Shown piece after piece: positions 19,613 to 29,107 of a stretch of 64,000 bases of DNA; the first letter of the stretch is position 1, and every line of letters starts with the position of its first letter. The DNA comes from an uncultured Gemmatimonadaceae bacterium. Lineage in GTDB: Bacteria; Gemmatimonadota; Gemmatimonadetes; Gemmatimonadales; Gemmatimonadaceae. The DNA lies in NCBI GenBank assembly GCA_963761305.1, contig CAVXGK010000002.1:1632001-1696000 (forward strand), written 5' to 3'. Below the pieces are notes generated by a model, which saw only the letters and a program-made list of their open reading frames with translations, had not been told where the DNA came from and searched no databases. Position numbers and translations under genes: made by a program.

Positions 19613-20617
19613 TTAGAGCGGAGACAGACGGAAATGGCTCGACGATGAGATGCGGCCAGCTTGCGCGCGCTGGTCGGCGATGATCTGATCGTAGAGCGCA
19701 TCCGTCGCGGCGTGGTACGCGCCAGCCTGCGGTGGGAACTGCTCCGCGACGAGACGCATCCCCTGCCAAGGGTCGATCGGGCAGTCGAAGTCACCGGCGA
19801 TCGACTTCGCTTTGGTGTTGTCGAACAGGACGGACGGGGCCTTGTCGCCAAGCAGCGGCCCTTCCCAGTCGGGCTGGTAGCGAATGAGCGTGTCCGACGC
19901 AACGTGAACGACGTCCGGTGAGTCGACGCCGATCGCGGCGGCGATCGCTCGAAAGATCTCGTTCCAGGACCAGGCGCGGTCCCCGGTGATGTGCACCGTC
20001 TCGTTGAGCGCGGCGGGCGCTGCGATCAACCGCGCGAACGGCCGCGCGAAGTCGGTGGCGTGCGTGATCGTCCAGAGCGATTCGCCGTCCCCATGCACGA
20101 CGATGGGTTTTCCACGCAAGAGTCGCGAGACCTCGCCGCCGAGCGGCGTGGGCATCTTGGTGCGATAGGTGTGACTTGGCCTCACGATGACGTAGGGCAG
20201 CGCGGTCTGCGCGCGGAGGATGGTTTCCATCTCCGCTTTGGCGCGCGAATAGGCCCAGTGCGGATTGTGCAGTGGAGTCCGTTCGGTGATCGGCAGGACT
20301 CGAACCGGCTTCGCGTACGCCGAAGCGGAGCTGATGAAGACGTACCGGCCGCAGTGCCCCGCGAACGCGGCAATGTCCCTGCGGATGGCATCGGGCGCAA
20401 AGAGCCGGAACTGGCAGATGACGTCGAAGGCCTCGGCGGCGAGACGCGCGTACGCGGCGTCGTCGGTGACATCGCCTGTGATGAGACGACAATCGGGCGG
20501 CAATCCCTCGTTGTGATTGCCGCGATTGAAGACGCTGACCTCGTGGCCGAGGCGCACGCTTTCATGCACACACGCGAAGCTGATCTCGCCCGTGCCGCCA
20601 ATATAGAGAATTCTCAT
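19613..20617 (-). CDS. NAD-dependent epimerase/dehydratase family protein
   Basis: MRILYIGGTGEIS, YVFISSASAY, YSRAK, VRPSHTY. Confidence 0.92.
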   Translation of the reverse strand: MRILYIGGTGEISFACVHESVRLGHEVSVFNRGNHNEGLPPDCRLITGDVTDDAAYARLAAEAFDVICQFRLFAPDAIRRDIAAFAGHCGRYVFISSASAYAKPVRVLPITERTPLHNPHWAYSRAKAEMETILRAQTALPYVIVRPSHTYRTKMPTPLGGEVSRLLRGKPIVVHGDGESLWTITHATDFARPFARLIAAPAALNETVHITGDRAWSWNEIFRAIAAAIGVDSPDVVHVASDTLIRYQPDWEGPLLGDKAPSVLFDNTKAKSIAGDFDCPIDPWQGMRLVAEQFPPQAGAYHAATDALYDQIIADQRAQAGRISSSSHFRLSPL

Positions 20618-20909
20618 TGTGGACAGCGGCGACGTCGCTTTCAGCTGCCGCAGAAGTAGCATCATCGGCCAGCGGCCGCGGATTCGTCCGACCGGAGGAC
20701 GTCTTGAATCGACGGAAGCATCGACAATGCTATGATCTCTGTCGCGCTGGACGCCAGAGGCGGTGCGATTCAAAGAACCGCCGTCCCCCACCGCCGCGCC
20801 TGTACCCCTCGCTTGTCATGAACCTCGCGAGCGAACGATGGTATGACGTTGGCAGTGGTGCCTGTCGGCACCGCGCAACCATCGCCCAGTGTGAGTCGTC
20901 TGGCGTTTG

Positions 20910-22178
20910 ATGCTTCGTCCGCTCCATTTCCTCGCTCTCGCCGCATGTTTGGCCGGCTCAGCGGCATTTGACGATGCCTCGGTCACCGCAAGCAGTGCGG
21001 TGCCGACCGACGTGTCCGCACGCCTGCCGCGCGTGGCGCCCGAGTCCGTAGGGATGTCTGTATCGCGACTGGCAATGATCGACGACGTCGTCTACCGCGG
21101 CATTCGAGCTGGTGGGTTTCCCGGGGCCGCGGTGATCGTCGCCAGACACGGCGGCATCGTCTGGGAGCGTGGCTATGGCACGCTGGACTGGCAATCGGGC
21201 GTCGCGGTTGACGCCGAGCGAACCATGTACGACCTCGCATCGCTCACCAAAGTCGTGGCCACGACCGCGGCTGCGATGGTCCTGGTGGATCGCGGACAGC
21301 TGCGGCTCGACGAACGGGTGACCCACTACCTGCCGATGTTCGGCGGCGGAGCGAAGGACGAAATCACGATTCGCGACCTGCTGACGCATCGATCCGGCTT
21401 GCCGGCCGGGCGTGACGTCTCGCAAGGGGCCGGGCCCGAGTCGGCACGGAAGGCCGTGTTGGCGACGAGCCTCGTTCGCGCGCCGGGCTCGGGTTACGAG
21501 TACTCGGATCTCGGGCTCGATGTGATGGGCTTCGTCATCGAGAGCATCACGCACGAGCCGCTCGATCAGTTCGTTCGGCACGCCGTCTACGCTCCACTCG
21601 GCATGCGCTCGACGATGTTTCGTCCGGCAGCATCGCTGCGCGCGCGCATCGCGCCCACGGAAGACCCTGCCACACGCGGCGAGGTGCACGACGGCACTGC
21701 ACGCGCGCTGGGCGGCGTGGCCGGCCACGCAGGCCTGTTCTCCACGGCAAGCGACCTCGCCGTGTTTGCTCAGCTCATGCTCGATGGAGGGGTCGCGGGG
21801 AGCACCAGGCTCTTCGCCGACAGCATTGCTCGCGAGTTTACGAAGCCTGGTCCGGGCTGGCGCGGGCTCGGATGGCAAACGTGTCCGGGAGATGGAAGCT
21901 GCGGGCAGTATCTGTCGACGCGCGCGTTCGGGCATACCGGCTTCACCGGGACGTCGATGTGGATCGATCCGGAGCGTGACCTCGTCGTCATCGTGCTCAC
22001 CAACTGGATTCACGGACGTGCTTCGGGCGGTGTTGCTCCGACCGGCGTCCTTCAAGACGTGCGCAGCGACGTGGTCGACCTGGCGGCGCTCTCGATCACC
22101 GACGGGGGCCCGGAACGCCCTCTACCGTGGCGCCTTCGAAGCGAGCTTCAGGACGGATGGTATTCCGGAAGTAGGTAG
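20910..22178 (+). CDS. Class C beta-lactamase-like serine hydrolase
   Basis: ASLTK, LLTHRSG, YSDLG, AGHAGLFS, GHTGFTG. Confidence 0.92.
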   Translation: MLRPLHFLALAACLAGSAAFDDASVTASSAVPTDVSARLPRVAPESVGMSVSRLAMIDDVVYRGIRAGGFPGAAVIVARHGGIVWERGYGTLDWQSGVAVDAERTMYDLASLTKVVATTAAAMVLVDRGQLRLDERVTHYLPMFGGGAKDEITIRDLLTHRSGLPAGRDVSQGAGPESARKAVLATSLVRAPGSGYEYSDLGLDVMGFVIESITHEPLDQFVRHAVYAPLGMRSTMFRPAASLRARIAPTEDPATRGEVHDGTARALGGVAGHAGLFSTASDLAVFAQLMLDGGVAGSTRLFADSIAREFTKPGPGWRGLGWQTCPGDGSCGQYLSTRAFGHTGFTGTSMWIDPERDLVVIVLTNWIHGRASGGVAPTGVLQDVRSDVVDLAALSITDGGPERPLPWRLRSELQDGWYSGSR

Positions 22179-22247
22179 CCGGCGCGCGTAGGGTGCGCGA
22201 AGGTTGGCGATCACCGTGTCCCGACACGCGGGACTTGATCGGCCTTA

Positions 22248-23489
22248 TCAGCCTTCGGTGAACTTCCCGTGCTCGTACTGGCTGATGAGCGCCGCGTTGG
22301 TCCGCTCAGTCTCGTTGAGCTGGTTCTCGCGGAAGGCATCGGTCGGCTTATACCAACCGAAGCTCGCGAAGTAGCGCTGCAACTCGGGATCCTGAAAGCG
22401 CCGCCCGTGACGGGCGTAAATCTCGTTCCGCAACCGCCGCGCGTCTTCGGGAGTCAAGCCTCGCACGTCAGCGACCGTGAGGAGTCGCGTCCCCAGCGAC
22501 TGATGGAGCTCCTCCTCGCGTTTCGTGATGAGCGCGATGTTCGCCCGCTCCGTCGCCGAGAGCTCGGCGTCACTGAAGTCCTGACGCGGGGCATACCAGG
22601 GCTCCGATCGGAAATACTCGGCCAGCCAGGGCGTTTGAAATTTTCGCCCGTGCCGTGCGTACACCTCGTTCCGTAAGAGACGCAGATCGTTGATCGAGAC
22701 GTTGGCGAGCATCCGCTCCGTCAACGGCGTCGACTGGAAGAGATTCATCAACCCGGGCGACACGGACCGCTTGTTCCGTCGCATGACGGCGAGCGCGATC
22801 GTGTCGAGATTCTGCTTCTCGATGGCCGAAAGTTTTGCCGCTTCGTAGCCGGTATCTGGCTTGTACCAGTAGCGCTCGTTGAAATAGTGCTGGAGGTCGT
22901 CCGTGGCGAGCATGCGGTTCTTCTCAACCTCGGACTCGTCGTCGGTGGCGAATACGTAACCGTGATTGGCCAGCACCTCCGCCTCGAGCACTTCCCAATC
23001 CTGCGGCGAATGATCGCCGAGCATCGCCGTGGTGATCACGCGGTCCTGGTAGAAGCGCATGTCCCCCGGTTCGATCTGCGTGTGCTTCGTCGCCTCGGCC
23101 GCGCGCACGACCTCGAGGTTCTCGCGCTCGCCGGCTGTCAGGCGTGCGTTGGTGAAGGTCGTGTCCGCGTGATACCACGAGCGCGTCGCGAGCCACGCCT
23201 GCAGCGTCGAGTCCTGAAAGACGCGTCCGTGCCGGCCGAAGATGATTCCACGGATGCGCTGCACGTCGACGAGCGGAAGCGGCGCGAGCGACGCAGGCGT
23301 GACTGTGCGCGCCGAGTAGTCGAACCGCTCCCAGTCGTCCATCGACGCCGGATGGGGCGCGGGTGTCGCCGTCGTGGCCGTCGTCTTGACCGCCTTCGCT
23401 GCGCTGGTATCGGCATTCGGTTTCGGCTTCTGCGCGCAGCCGGCGATGATAGCGGCCAGCGCGATCACACTCGATAGGCGTCGGATCAT
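22248..23489 (-). CDS. Lipoprotein with four YARHG domains
   Basis: IAGC lipobox; IFGRHGRVF, VLANHGYVF, VYARHGRKF, IYARHGRRF, each followed by a WY and an E..N helix. Confidence 0.9.
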   Translation of the reverse strand: MIRRLSSVIALAAIIAGCAQKPKPNADTSAAKAVKTTATTATPAPHPASMDDWERFDYSARTVTPASLAPLPLVDVQRIRGIIFGRHGRVFQDSTLQAWLATRSWYHADTTFTNARLTAGERENLEVVRAAEATKHTQIEPGDMRFYQDRVITTAMLGDHSPQDWEVLEAEVLANHGYVFATDDESEVEKNRMLATDDLQHYFNERYWYKPDTGYEAAKLSAIEKQNLDTIALAVMRRNKRSVSPGLMNLFQSTPLTERMLANVSINDLRLLRNEVYARHGRKFQTPWLAEYFRSEPWYAPRQDFSDAELSATERANIALITKREEELHQSLGTRLLTVADVRGLTPEDARRLRNEIYARHGRRFQDPELQRYFASFGWYKPTDAFRENQLNETERTNAALISQYEHGKFTEG

Positions 23490-24172
23490 CGAACCCTCGG
23501 TGAGTTGGCCGCCGGGGCATAGCGCGCGATGCCTTGCGCGATCGCCTGCGCCATGAGCGACTGTCCCGCCGGTTGCTTGATGAACGCGGCGTCGCGCGCA
23601 TTGCTCAGCGTGACCATCTCGATGAGCACGACCGGGACGTCCGAGAACACGGAGCCGGTGAGCGCGCCCTGCTTCGAACCGATCGCCGTCTTCGAATCGC
23701 CGCGCACTCCACCGTCCTTGAGCTTCCCGGCCAACATGCGTGCCATCGACACGTGCAGCGACTCCGCCGCCGCCGCACTCGCGCCCATCACCGCCTCGCT
23801 GGGTCCCGTGTGACCCTGGACGGTCGCCGCACGATCGGGATGATAGATCGCGTAACCGCTGTCGGGACTGTCGTCGCAATGTAGCCGAACGACGAGCGTT
23901 GCCTTGGCCGCGTTACCGATCCCGGCCCGCTCGACATTGGTGACCATCGTGCGCTCGGCAGGCTTCGTCAACACGACGGTGTATCCCTGCGCCCGCAACA
24001 GCGTCGCCAGGCGCTGCGCGACGAGCCATGCGATGTGGACCTCGCTGGTCCCGTGTTGCATCGACGCGCCGCTACTCATCTCCGACGGGTGGCCGGGGTC
24101 GATGACGATGGTGGGATGCGGTTCGACGCCGAGAGCGAGGGCGAGTATCGCGTGATTGAGGCTGCGAATCAT
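23486..24172 (-). CDS. N-acetylmuramoyl-L-alanine amidase (Amidase_3)
   Basis: IVIDPGH, E, RLHCD, PVVLIEM; ATGA overlap with the YARHG gene. Confidence 0.9.
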   Translation of the reverse strand: MIRSLNHAILALALGVEPHPTIVIDPGHPSEMSSGASMQHGTSEVHIAWLVAQRLATLLRAQGYTVVLTKPAERTMVTNVERAGIGNAAKATLVVRLHCDDSPDSGYAIYHPDRAATVQGHTGPSEAVMGASAAAAESLHVSMARMLAGKLKDGGVRGDSKTAIGSKQGALTGSVFSDVPVVLIEMVTLSNARDAAFIKQPAGQSLMAQAIAQGIARYAPAANSPRVR

Positions 24173-24248
24173 CTGCGTTACAACTTGCGCGATGTGTCAC
24201 GAGTGCAAAAGTGGCGGCAGGCAGGCCGGCGCCGGCATCGACCCACAT

Positions 24249-24842
24249 TCACGTGCCAGGAGCCTGAATCGCGCGCTCCACCAAATCTGACACGCCCAGC
24301 TTCGCCGCCCAGGCGCGCAAATAGGCGCGATCAAGCCGCGACGACTGTGCGGTCACGATGCCGGCGACGTCTCGCCATTGACGCTCCGACGACTCCGCGC
24401 CGCGTCGATACCACTCGAGCTTGCGCAGGATCGTGTCCTCCGCCGTGTCGACGAAGAGCGTGACGTGCTCGGAATCGCTCGAGAACGACACCGGTGTTCG
24501 GCGCTGTAGGCGCTCGCGGTCGAACGCGTCAGATCCGGCGATGAAGACGTCGACCTTCACCGCCGTAGGCATGTGAATGACGTTGAACGCGCCGCCGGTG
24601 CGGACTGCTTCCACCACCGCGTCGCGAGAAACGTAGCACTCGGCGCCGATCGCATCGATGAACGGATCGACGTCGCCCTGGTGCAGATCGGCGACCATGT
24701 CGATGTCGTTCGTGGATCGTGGTTCGCCATGAACCGAGCTGGCGAACGAGCCGCCAATCACATACGAGGCGCCGATGTGAGCCAGGGCGCCGGCCACCAA
24801 GCTCGCGACGGCAATCGGCTCCGGAAGTGACTCAGGCGCCAT
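24249..24842 (-). CDS. Nucleotidyltransferase-fold protein (toxin-like)
   Basis: IGGSFASSVHGEPRSTNDID, KVDVF, EDTILRKLEW, RQWRDV, LDRAYL. Confidence 0.82.
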   Translation of the reverse strand: MAPESLPEPIAVASLVAGALAHIGASYVIGGSFASSVHGEPRSTNDIDMVADLHQGDVDPFIDAIGAECYVSRDAVVEAVRTGGAFNVIHMPTAVKVDVFIAGSDAFDRERLQRRTPVSFSSDSEHVTLFVDTAEDTILRKLEWYRRGAESSERQWRDVAGIVTAQSSRLDRAYLRAWAAKLGVSDLVERAIQAPGT

Positions 24843-25089
24843 TCCCAGCGCCGTACACGCGATCGACCAGTTCGTCACCCAACCGGAGCCGGGCGAGCCT
24901 CAGCAAGAGCTGTTGCGGCGAGTCCTCCGGATGACGAACGGCCAGGCCGGCAAGGGATAAGCGGCTTACAGCCAGGGTCAACTCGCTCATTCTCCGTAGC
25001 TTCTGGGCCGGCGTCATCGACGCATAGAGCGCTTGCTGCACTCCACGAACAGCGGAGTCCGTATCATCGAGCTGGGATCGGCCGGCCAT
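24832..25089 (-). CDS. Small helical protein, putative partner of the nucleotidyltransferase
   Basis: MTPAQKLRR...AGLAVRHPE; overlaps the downstream gene by 11 nt. Confidence 0.78.
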   Translation of the reverse strand: MAGRSQLDDTDSAVRGVQQALYASMTPAQKLRRMSELTLAVSRLSLAGLAVRHPEDSPQQLLLRLARLRLGDELVDRVYGAGNGA

Positions 25090-25262
25090 GAATCGAATAT
25101 ACGGCTGTCCTGCAGAAACCCAGCCGCTTCAGCCGACAGCGAGGGTAACGAAGGGCGAAGGTTCGCGATCACGCCGCGAGCGCCGAAGGCTCGGTCGCGG
25201 CGCAATAGATTGTCTACAGTCGAAGAATCAGGATGCCACGAGCGTGCGACTGAGGAGGTAGA

Positions 25263-25655
25263 ATGCCGGACGACATGGGCTGCTTCCGCATCGACATCGA
25301 AATCGAGAATCCCGCACGCCCCGGCGACCGACGGAAGGTCGAGGGTGCGCTCGTCGACGCCGGTGCCGAGTTGTCGTGGGTGCCTGCCGCGGTGCTCGAG
25401 TCACTCGGAATCGAGCGACTCAAGGTGTGGCATTTTCGACAAGCGACCGGCCAACAGATTGATCGCTGGGTTGGCTCCGCGCGTGTGTACGCGGCAGGAA
25501 CCGTCGCGACCGACGATGTGGTCTTCGGCGAGCCCGCGGATCTCATTCTTCTCGGGGCACGCACCCTGGAGGGATTGAATCTTCGCGTGGAGCCTCGTGA
25601 AAAGCGCTTGGTCGATGCGGGCCCCGCTCCAGCCGCTATCAGCGCCGCCGCGTAG
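25263..25655 (+). CDS. Retropepsin-like (clan AA) aspartyl protease domain protein
   Basis: ALVDAGAELS and LLGARTLEGL; GAGGAGGT RBS. Confidence 0.82.
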   Translation: MPDDMGCFRIDIEIENPARPGDRRKVEGALVDAGAELSWVPAAVLESLGIERLKVWHFRQATGQQIDRWVGSARVYAAGTVATDDVVFGEPADLILLGARTLEGLNLRVEPREKRLVDAGPAPAAISAAA

Positions 25656-28284
25656 CGGCAGCGAGCAACGTCGACCATCGATCGACGAAGACGATCTGAT
25701 TCTTTCTTGACGCGCTGCTCTCGATCTGCAGCATGAGAAAACCTTGATCGCCGGGCAGGACGTCGTACGTGTCCCCGTTGAATCGCGCAATCGAGAACAG
25801 ACTCCGCCGCACGCCGACACCAAACTCGGCAGCGCTCGACACCTCGGCCGCCATCAGGCTGTCGCGAGACACGAAGAACAGCTCTCGCCCATTGCGTGCC
25901 CAGCGAGGAACTCGGCCGCCGCCGGCCGACACCTGCCAGCGCTCGGAGCGCGACGCGTCCGTGGAGCGCACGTAGATCTCGGCGGTGCCCGATTCGTCCG
26001 ACACGTACGCGAGCCAGCGACCGTCGGGCGACGGACGCGGTGACCTCTCCCTCGCGTCCGTGGCGACGACCGCACGGTCGGACGACCCGGGCTGGTCGAG
26101 CGCGTGTGCATAGATGTCTCTCCGGCCGCCCATGCCCGTTCCGTAATAGAGCGTGCGACCGTCCGGCGACGGCGCCGGCTCGTAGAAGTTCGCGGCCGCG
26201 TTGCCGAACACGAGGCGCGGGGCTGACGCGCTCCCCACGGGTACCTCGTACACTTTGCCGCCCTGCGGACCGCCGGCGATGAAGAGCAGCCACTTGCCGT
26301 CACTGGTGAAAACCGGATCTTGGGCCACGGTGGCCGGAACCGAGACGTAGCTCACCGCCCCGGTGCGGAGATCCCGCTCCTGAATGTCCCACGTTCCGCG
26401 ACCGACGACCGCCGCCGCGTGCGCGCCGTCGGCCGATGCGGCAATCTCGCGGGCCTGGCCGACCCACGTCGAATCGATGATGGTCGACGCCCCGTCGCGG
26501 CGAACGCGAGCCAATCGCGCGCGAGCGCTGTTCGCTCCGCCGGTTGCAAACACCAACTGGCCCGTGGGCGCGACGGCGATCTCGGGGAACGAGTTCCCCG
26601 GGACGGTGACGTCCGACGCGAGGACGATCGGCGGCCCCGTCGTCGCCTGCGTCTTCACGTCGAATGGCACCGCCACCAGCGCGCTGTCGGGACGCACGAC
26701 CAGCAGGTATCCCGGCTCCACGTAACGCGCCCAGAATCCCGGCAACAGCGCGCGATGCCGTCCCGTTCGTGGATCGGACACCGCGATTTGGAATCGCGAA
26801 TTGTCGCCGTACTTCTGCGGGATGACCACGAACAGGATCGACTGTCCGCCCGGGAGTGGCGTGGGAGCGGTGTTGAAGACTTCGGCCGCGGTGTCGACTG
26901 TCGTGACGCGTTGCCGCGCACCGCCATTCAGAGGGACGCGCTCAATCCCCCCGCGTCCGGAAATGAGGATATTCTCATCGTCCGCCCAGTTGAGGAGCGA
27001 GTGTGTGGCGAGCTCCGCGATGACCGTGACTCGACCATCGTCCAGCGACGCGACGCGAAGACTGTTGCCCGCGAGGAAAGCGACTCGGCGTCCGTCCGGC
27101 GAGATCGCGGGGTAGGACGCACTGTCGGTACCATGGAGCGGCCGCGCATCGAACGACCCCGCGTCGCGCATCCAGAGCTGGCTGACCCCGCGCGCGCGCG
27201 TCTCGTACACGAGCCTCGAGCCGTCGGGCGAAAGGGCGAACGGACCGCGAGGTTGGGCGCTGTCGGGCAGCGCGAGCGTCGTGAGCCACGGACGAACGTC
27301 CGACGCGCCATCGCTCGTCGCGGTGCGATCTCGAGCTACCTTGGCCCAGCCCCACACAGCGGCGATCGTCGCCACGACAGCGACCGCCGTCGCAATGGTC
27401 GTCGTGCGCCGCGCGCTCCGACCCGCGGCCGGGGCGGCCGTGCGCACATGAGACGGCGTGGTGAGCGCCGACGCGAACGCATCTGCCGTGGCGAAGCGAT
27501 CCGCCGGAAGTTTCTCGAGCGCTGTACGGACGGCATCGTCCACGTGCGCCGGGACACTCGGCCGCTGCGCGGCAAGGGAACGCGGCGCTTCGGTGATCAC
27601 CTTCGCGACGACGGCCTGCGCGGTCGGCCCGACGAACGGCGGTTCTCCGGCGAGCATCTCGTACGTCACTACGCCGAGTGCGTAGATGTCGGCGCGGTGG
27701 TCGACGTTGCGCTCGCCCATGGCCTGTTCGGGCGCCATGTACTGCGGCGTGCCCAATGAGATTCCCGTCTGCGTCATCCGCTGGCCACCCGCCTGCTCAA
27801 CGGCGAGCGCGATGCCGAAGTCGGCGACGAGCGCGTGGCCGTCTTGCAGAAGAATGTTTTCGGGCTTGATGTCCCGGTGAACGACGCCCCGCGCGTGCGC
27901 GTAGGCCAGCGCGTCCGCGACCTCGCTCGCGATGCGCACCGCGTCGGCGACGGGCAGCTGCCGCTCGCGCTCGAGGCGCGCACGCAGCGTTTCGCCCTCG
28001 ACGAACGGCATCACATAGTAGAGCTGTGCCGCCGCGCTCCCGCTGTCGAACAGCGGCAGGATGTGCGGGTGTTGAAGGCTCGCGGTGAGCGTGATTTCCT
28101 TGAGGAATCGCTCCGGGCCAAGCACCGCCGAGAGCTCGGGGTGCAGCACCTTCACCGCGACTTTGCGACGGTGGCGAACGTCTTCGGCCAGATAAACGGT
28201 CGCCATGCCGCCCGCGCCAAGCTCGCGCTCGAGGCGGTAACGGTCAGCGATGGCCGTGGCGAGCGACGGCGGCGGCGCGGTCAC
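25639..28284 (-). CDS. Ser/Thr protein kinase with TM and TolB-like beta-propeller
   Basis: GAGGMATVY, HRDIKPEN, DFG, GTPQYMAPE; repeated SPDG motifs. Confidence 0.95.
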   Translation of the reverse strand: MTAPPPSLATAIADRYRLERELGAGGMATVYLAEDVRHRRKVAVKVLHPELSAVLGPERFLKEITLTASLQHPHILPLFDSGSAAAQLYYVMPFVEGETLRARLERERQLPVADAVRIASEVADALAYAHARGVVHRDIKPENILLQDGHALVADFGIALAVEQAGGQRMTQTGISLGTPQYMAPEQAMGERNVDHRADIYALGVVTYEMLAGEPPFVGPTAQAVVAKVITEAPRSLAAQRPSVPAHVDDAVRTALEKLPADRFATADAFASALTTPSHVRTAAPAAGRSARRTTTIATAVAVVATIAAVWGWAKVARDRTATSDGASDVRPWLTTLALPDSAQPRGPFALSPDGSRLVYETRARGVSQLWMRDAGSFDARPLHGTDSASYPAISPDGRRVAFLAGNSLRVASLDDGRVTVIAELATHSLLNWADDENILISGRGGIERVPLNGGARQRVTTVDTAAEVFNTAPTPLPGGQSILFVVIPQKYGDNSRFQIAVSDPRTGRHRALLPGFWARYVEPGYLLVVRPDSALVAVPFDVKTQATTGPPIVLASDVTVPGNSFPEIAVAPTGQLVFATGGANSARARLARVRRDGASTIIDSTWVGQAREIAASADGAHAAAVVGRGTWDIQERDLRTGAVSYVSVPATVAQDPVFTSDGKWLLFIAGGPQGGKVYEVPVGSASAPRLVFGNAAANFYEPAPSPDGRTLYYGTGMGGRRDIYAHALDQPGSSDRAVVATDARERSPRPSPDGRWLAYVSDESGTAEIYVRSTDASRSERWQVSAGGGRVPRWARNGRELFFVSRDSLMAAEVSSAAEFGVGVRRSLFSIARFNGDTYDVLPGDQGFLMLQIESSASRKNQIVFVDRWSTLLAAATRRR

Positions 28285-28388
28285 GGCGACCAAGGTGCAA
28301 CAAAAGCCCGCGAGCGGCCAGCGATGCCGGAACGTGTGGGCTGCGCCGTTCCGGGCCAGTGGCAGAGACTGGTTCCAATCGATACCAT

Positions 28389-28430
28389 CTCGGACCTGCC
28401 TCCGTCGCGCTCGGACGTGCCTCCGTCGCC
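28389..28430 (+). repeat. 21-bp tandem repeat, 2 copies
   Basis: ctcggacctgcctccgtcgcg / ctcggacgtgcctccgtcgcc. Confidence 0.75.
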
Positions 28431-28658
28431 CGGTGGGTCGGCGGCGCGGTGGCGAGAACCGCGTCGTGGCGATGGCGGATTTTTTGTCTGTCGGCCGGCG
28501 GCGGGCCTCTCGTGGCCTGGCACGGGTCGTTCGGATTCGGCCGCGGTGACGGCGATCACGCCGGATCGCACATCCGGGGGTTTCGCGGACGAGCACATTG
28601 TGTTATCTTGGTGGAGCGATATACGTGAAGGCGCGCGTGGACATGTTCCAACGCTCTT

Positions 28659-28691
28659 GGGGCCTGCCGAATTGCTAGCAGGCCTCTTTTT
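28659..28691 (+). terminator. Terminator-like hairpin upstream of the cold-shock gene
   Basis: 9-bp stem ggggcctgc/gcaggcctc followed by TTTTT. Confidence 0.6.
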
Positions 28692-28822
28692 ACATGTATC
28701 GTCACACGCTCCGCGATCCGCGGGCAGCCCATCGTGAGGGCATGATCACGAAGCACGTTGTGTCGGTCGGTACGGCAGCTCCGCACTCCGAACACAGCAT
28801 ATTACGAGGAAGGAGAAGGACA

Positions 28823-29035
28823 ATGCGTACGACTGGCACCGTCAAGTGGTTCAACGATTCGAAGGGCTTCGGCTTTATCACCCCCGAGGGCGGCGCGAAG
28901 GATTGCTTCGTCCATCACTCGGCCATTCAGGGCAGCGGCTTCAAGACCCTGGCTGAAGGCGAGCGCGTCGAGTTCGACGTCGTGCAGGGCCAGAAGGGCC
29001 CGGCCGCCGAGAACGTGACAAAGCTCGGGCGCTAA
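28823..29035 (+). CDS. Cold-shock protein (CspA family)
   Basis: [32 protein letters not shown]. Confidence 0.98.
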   Translation: MRTTGTVKWFNDSKGFGFITPEGGAKDCFVHHSAIQGSGFKTLAEGERVEFDVVQGQKGPAAENVTKLGR

Positions 29036-29059
29036 ACACGCCGTAGCTCCATCGAAAGC

Positions 29060-29090
29060 GAAACGGCCACGCGAAAGCGTGGCCGTTTCT
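29060..29090. terminator. Terminator hairpin between convergent genes
   Basis: 13-bp perfect stem gaaacggccacgc/gcgtggccgtttc with GAAA loop. Confidence 0.85.
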
Positions 29091-29107
29091 CGTTGTGCAC
29101 GCGTCGC

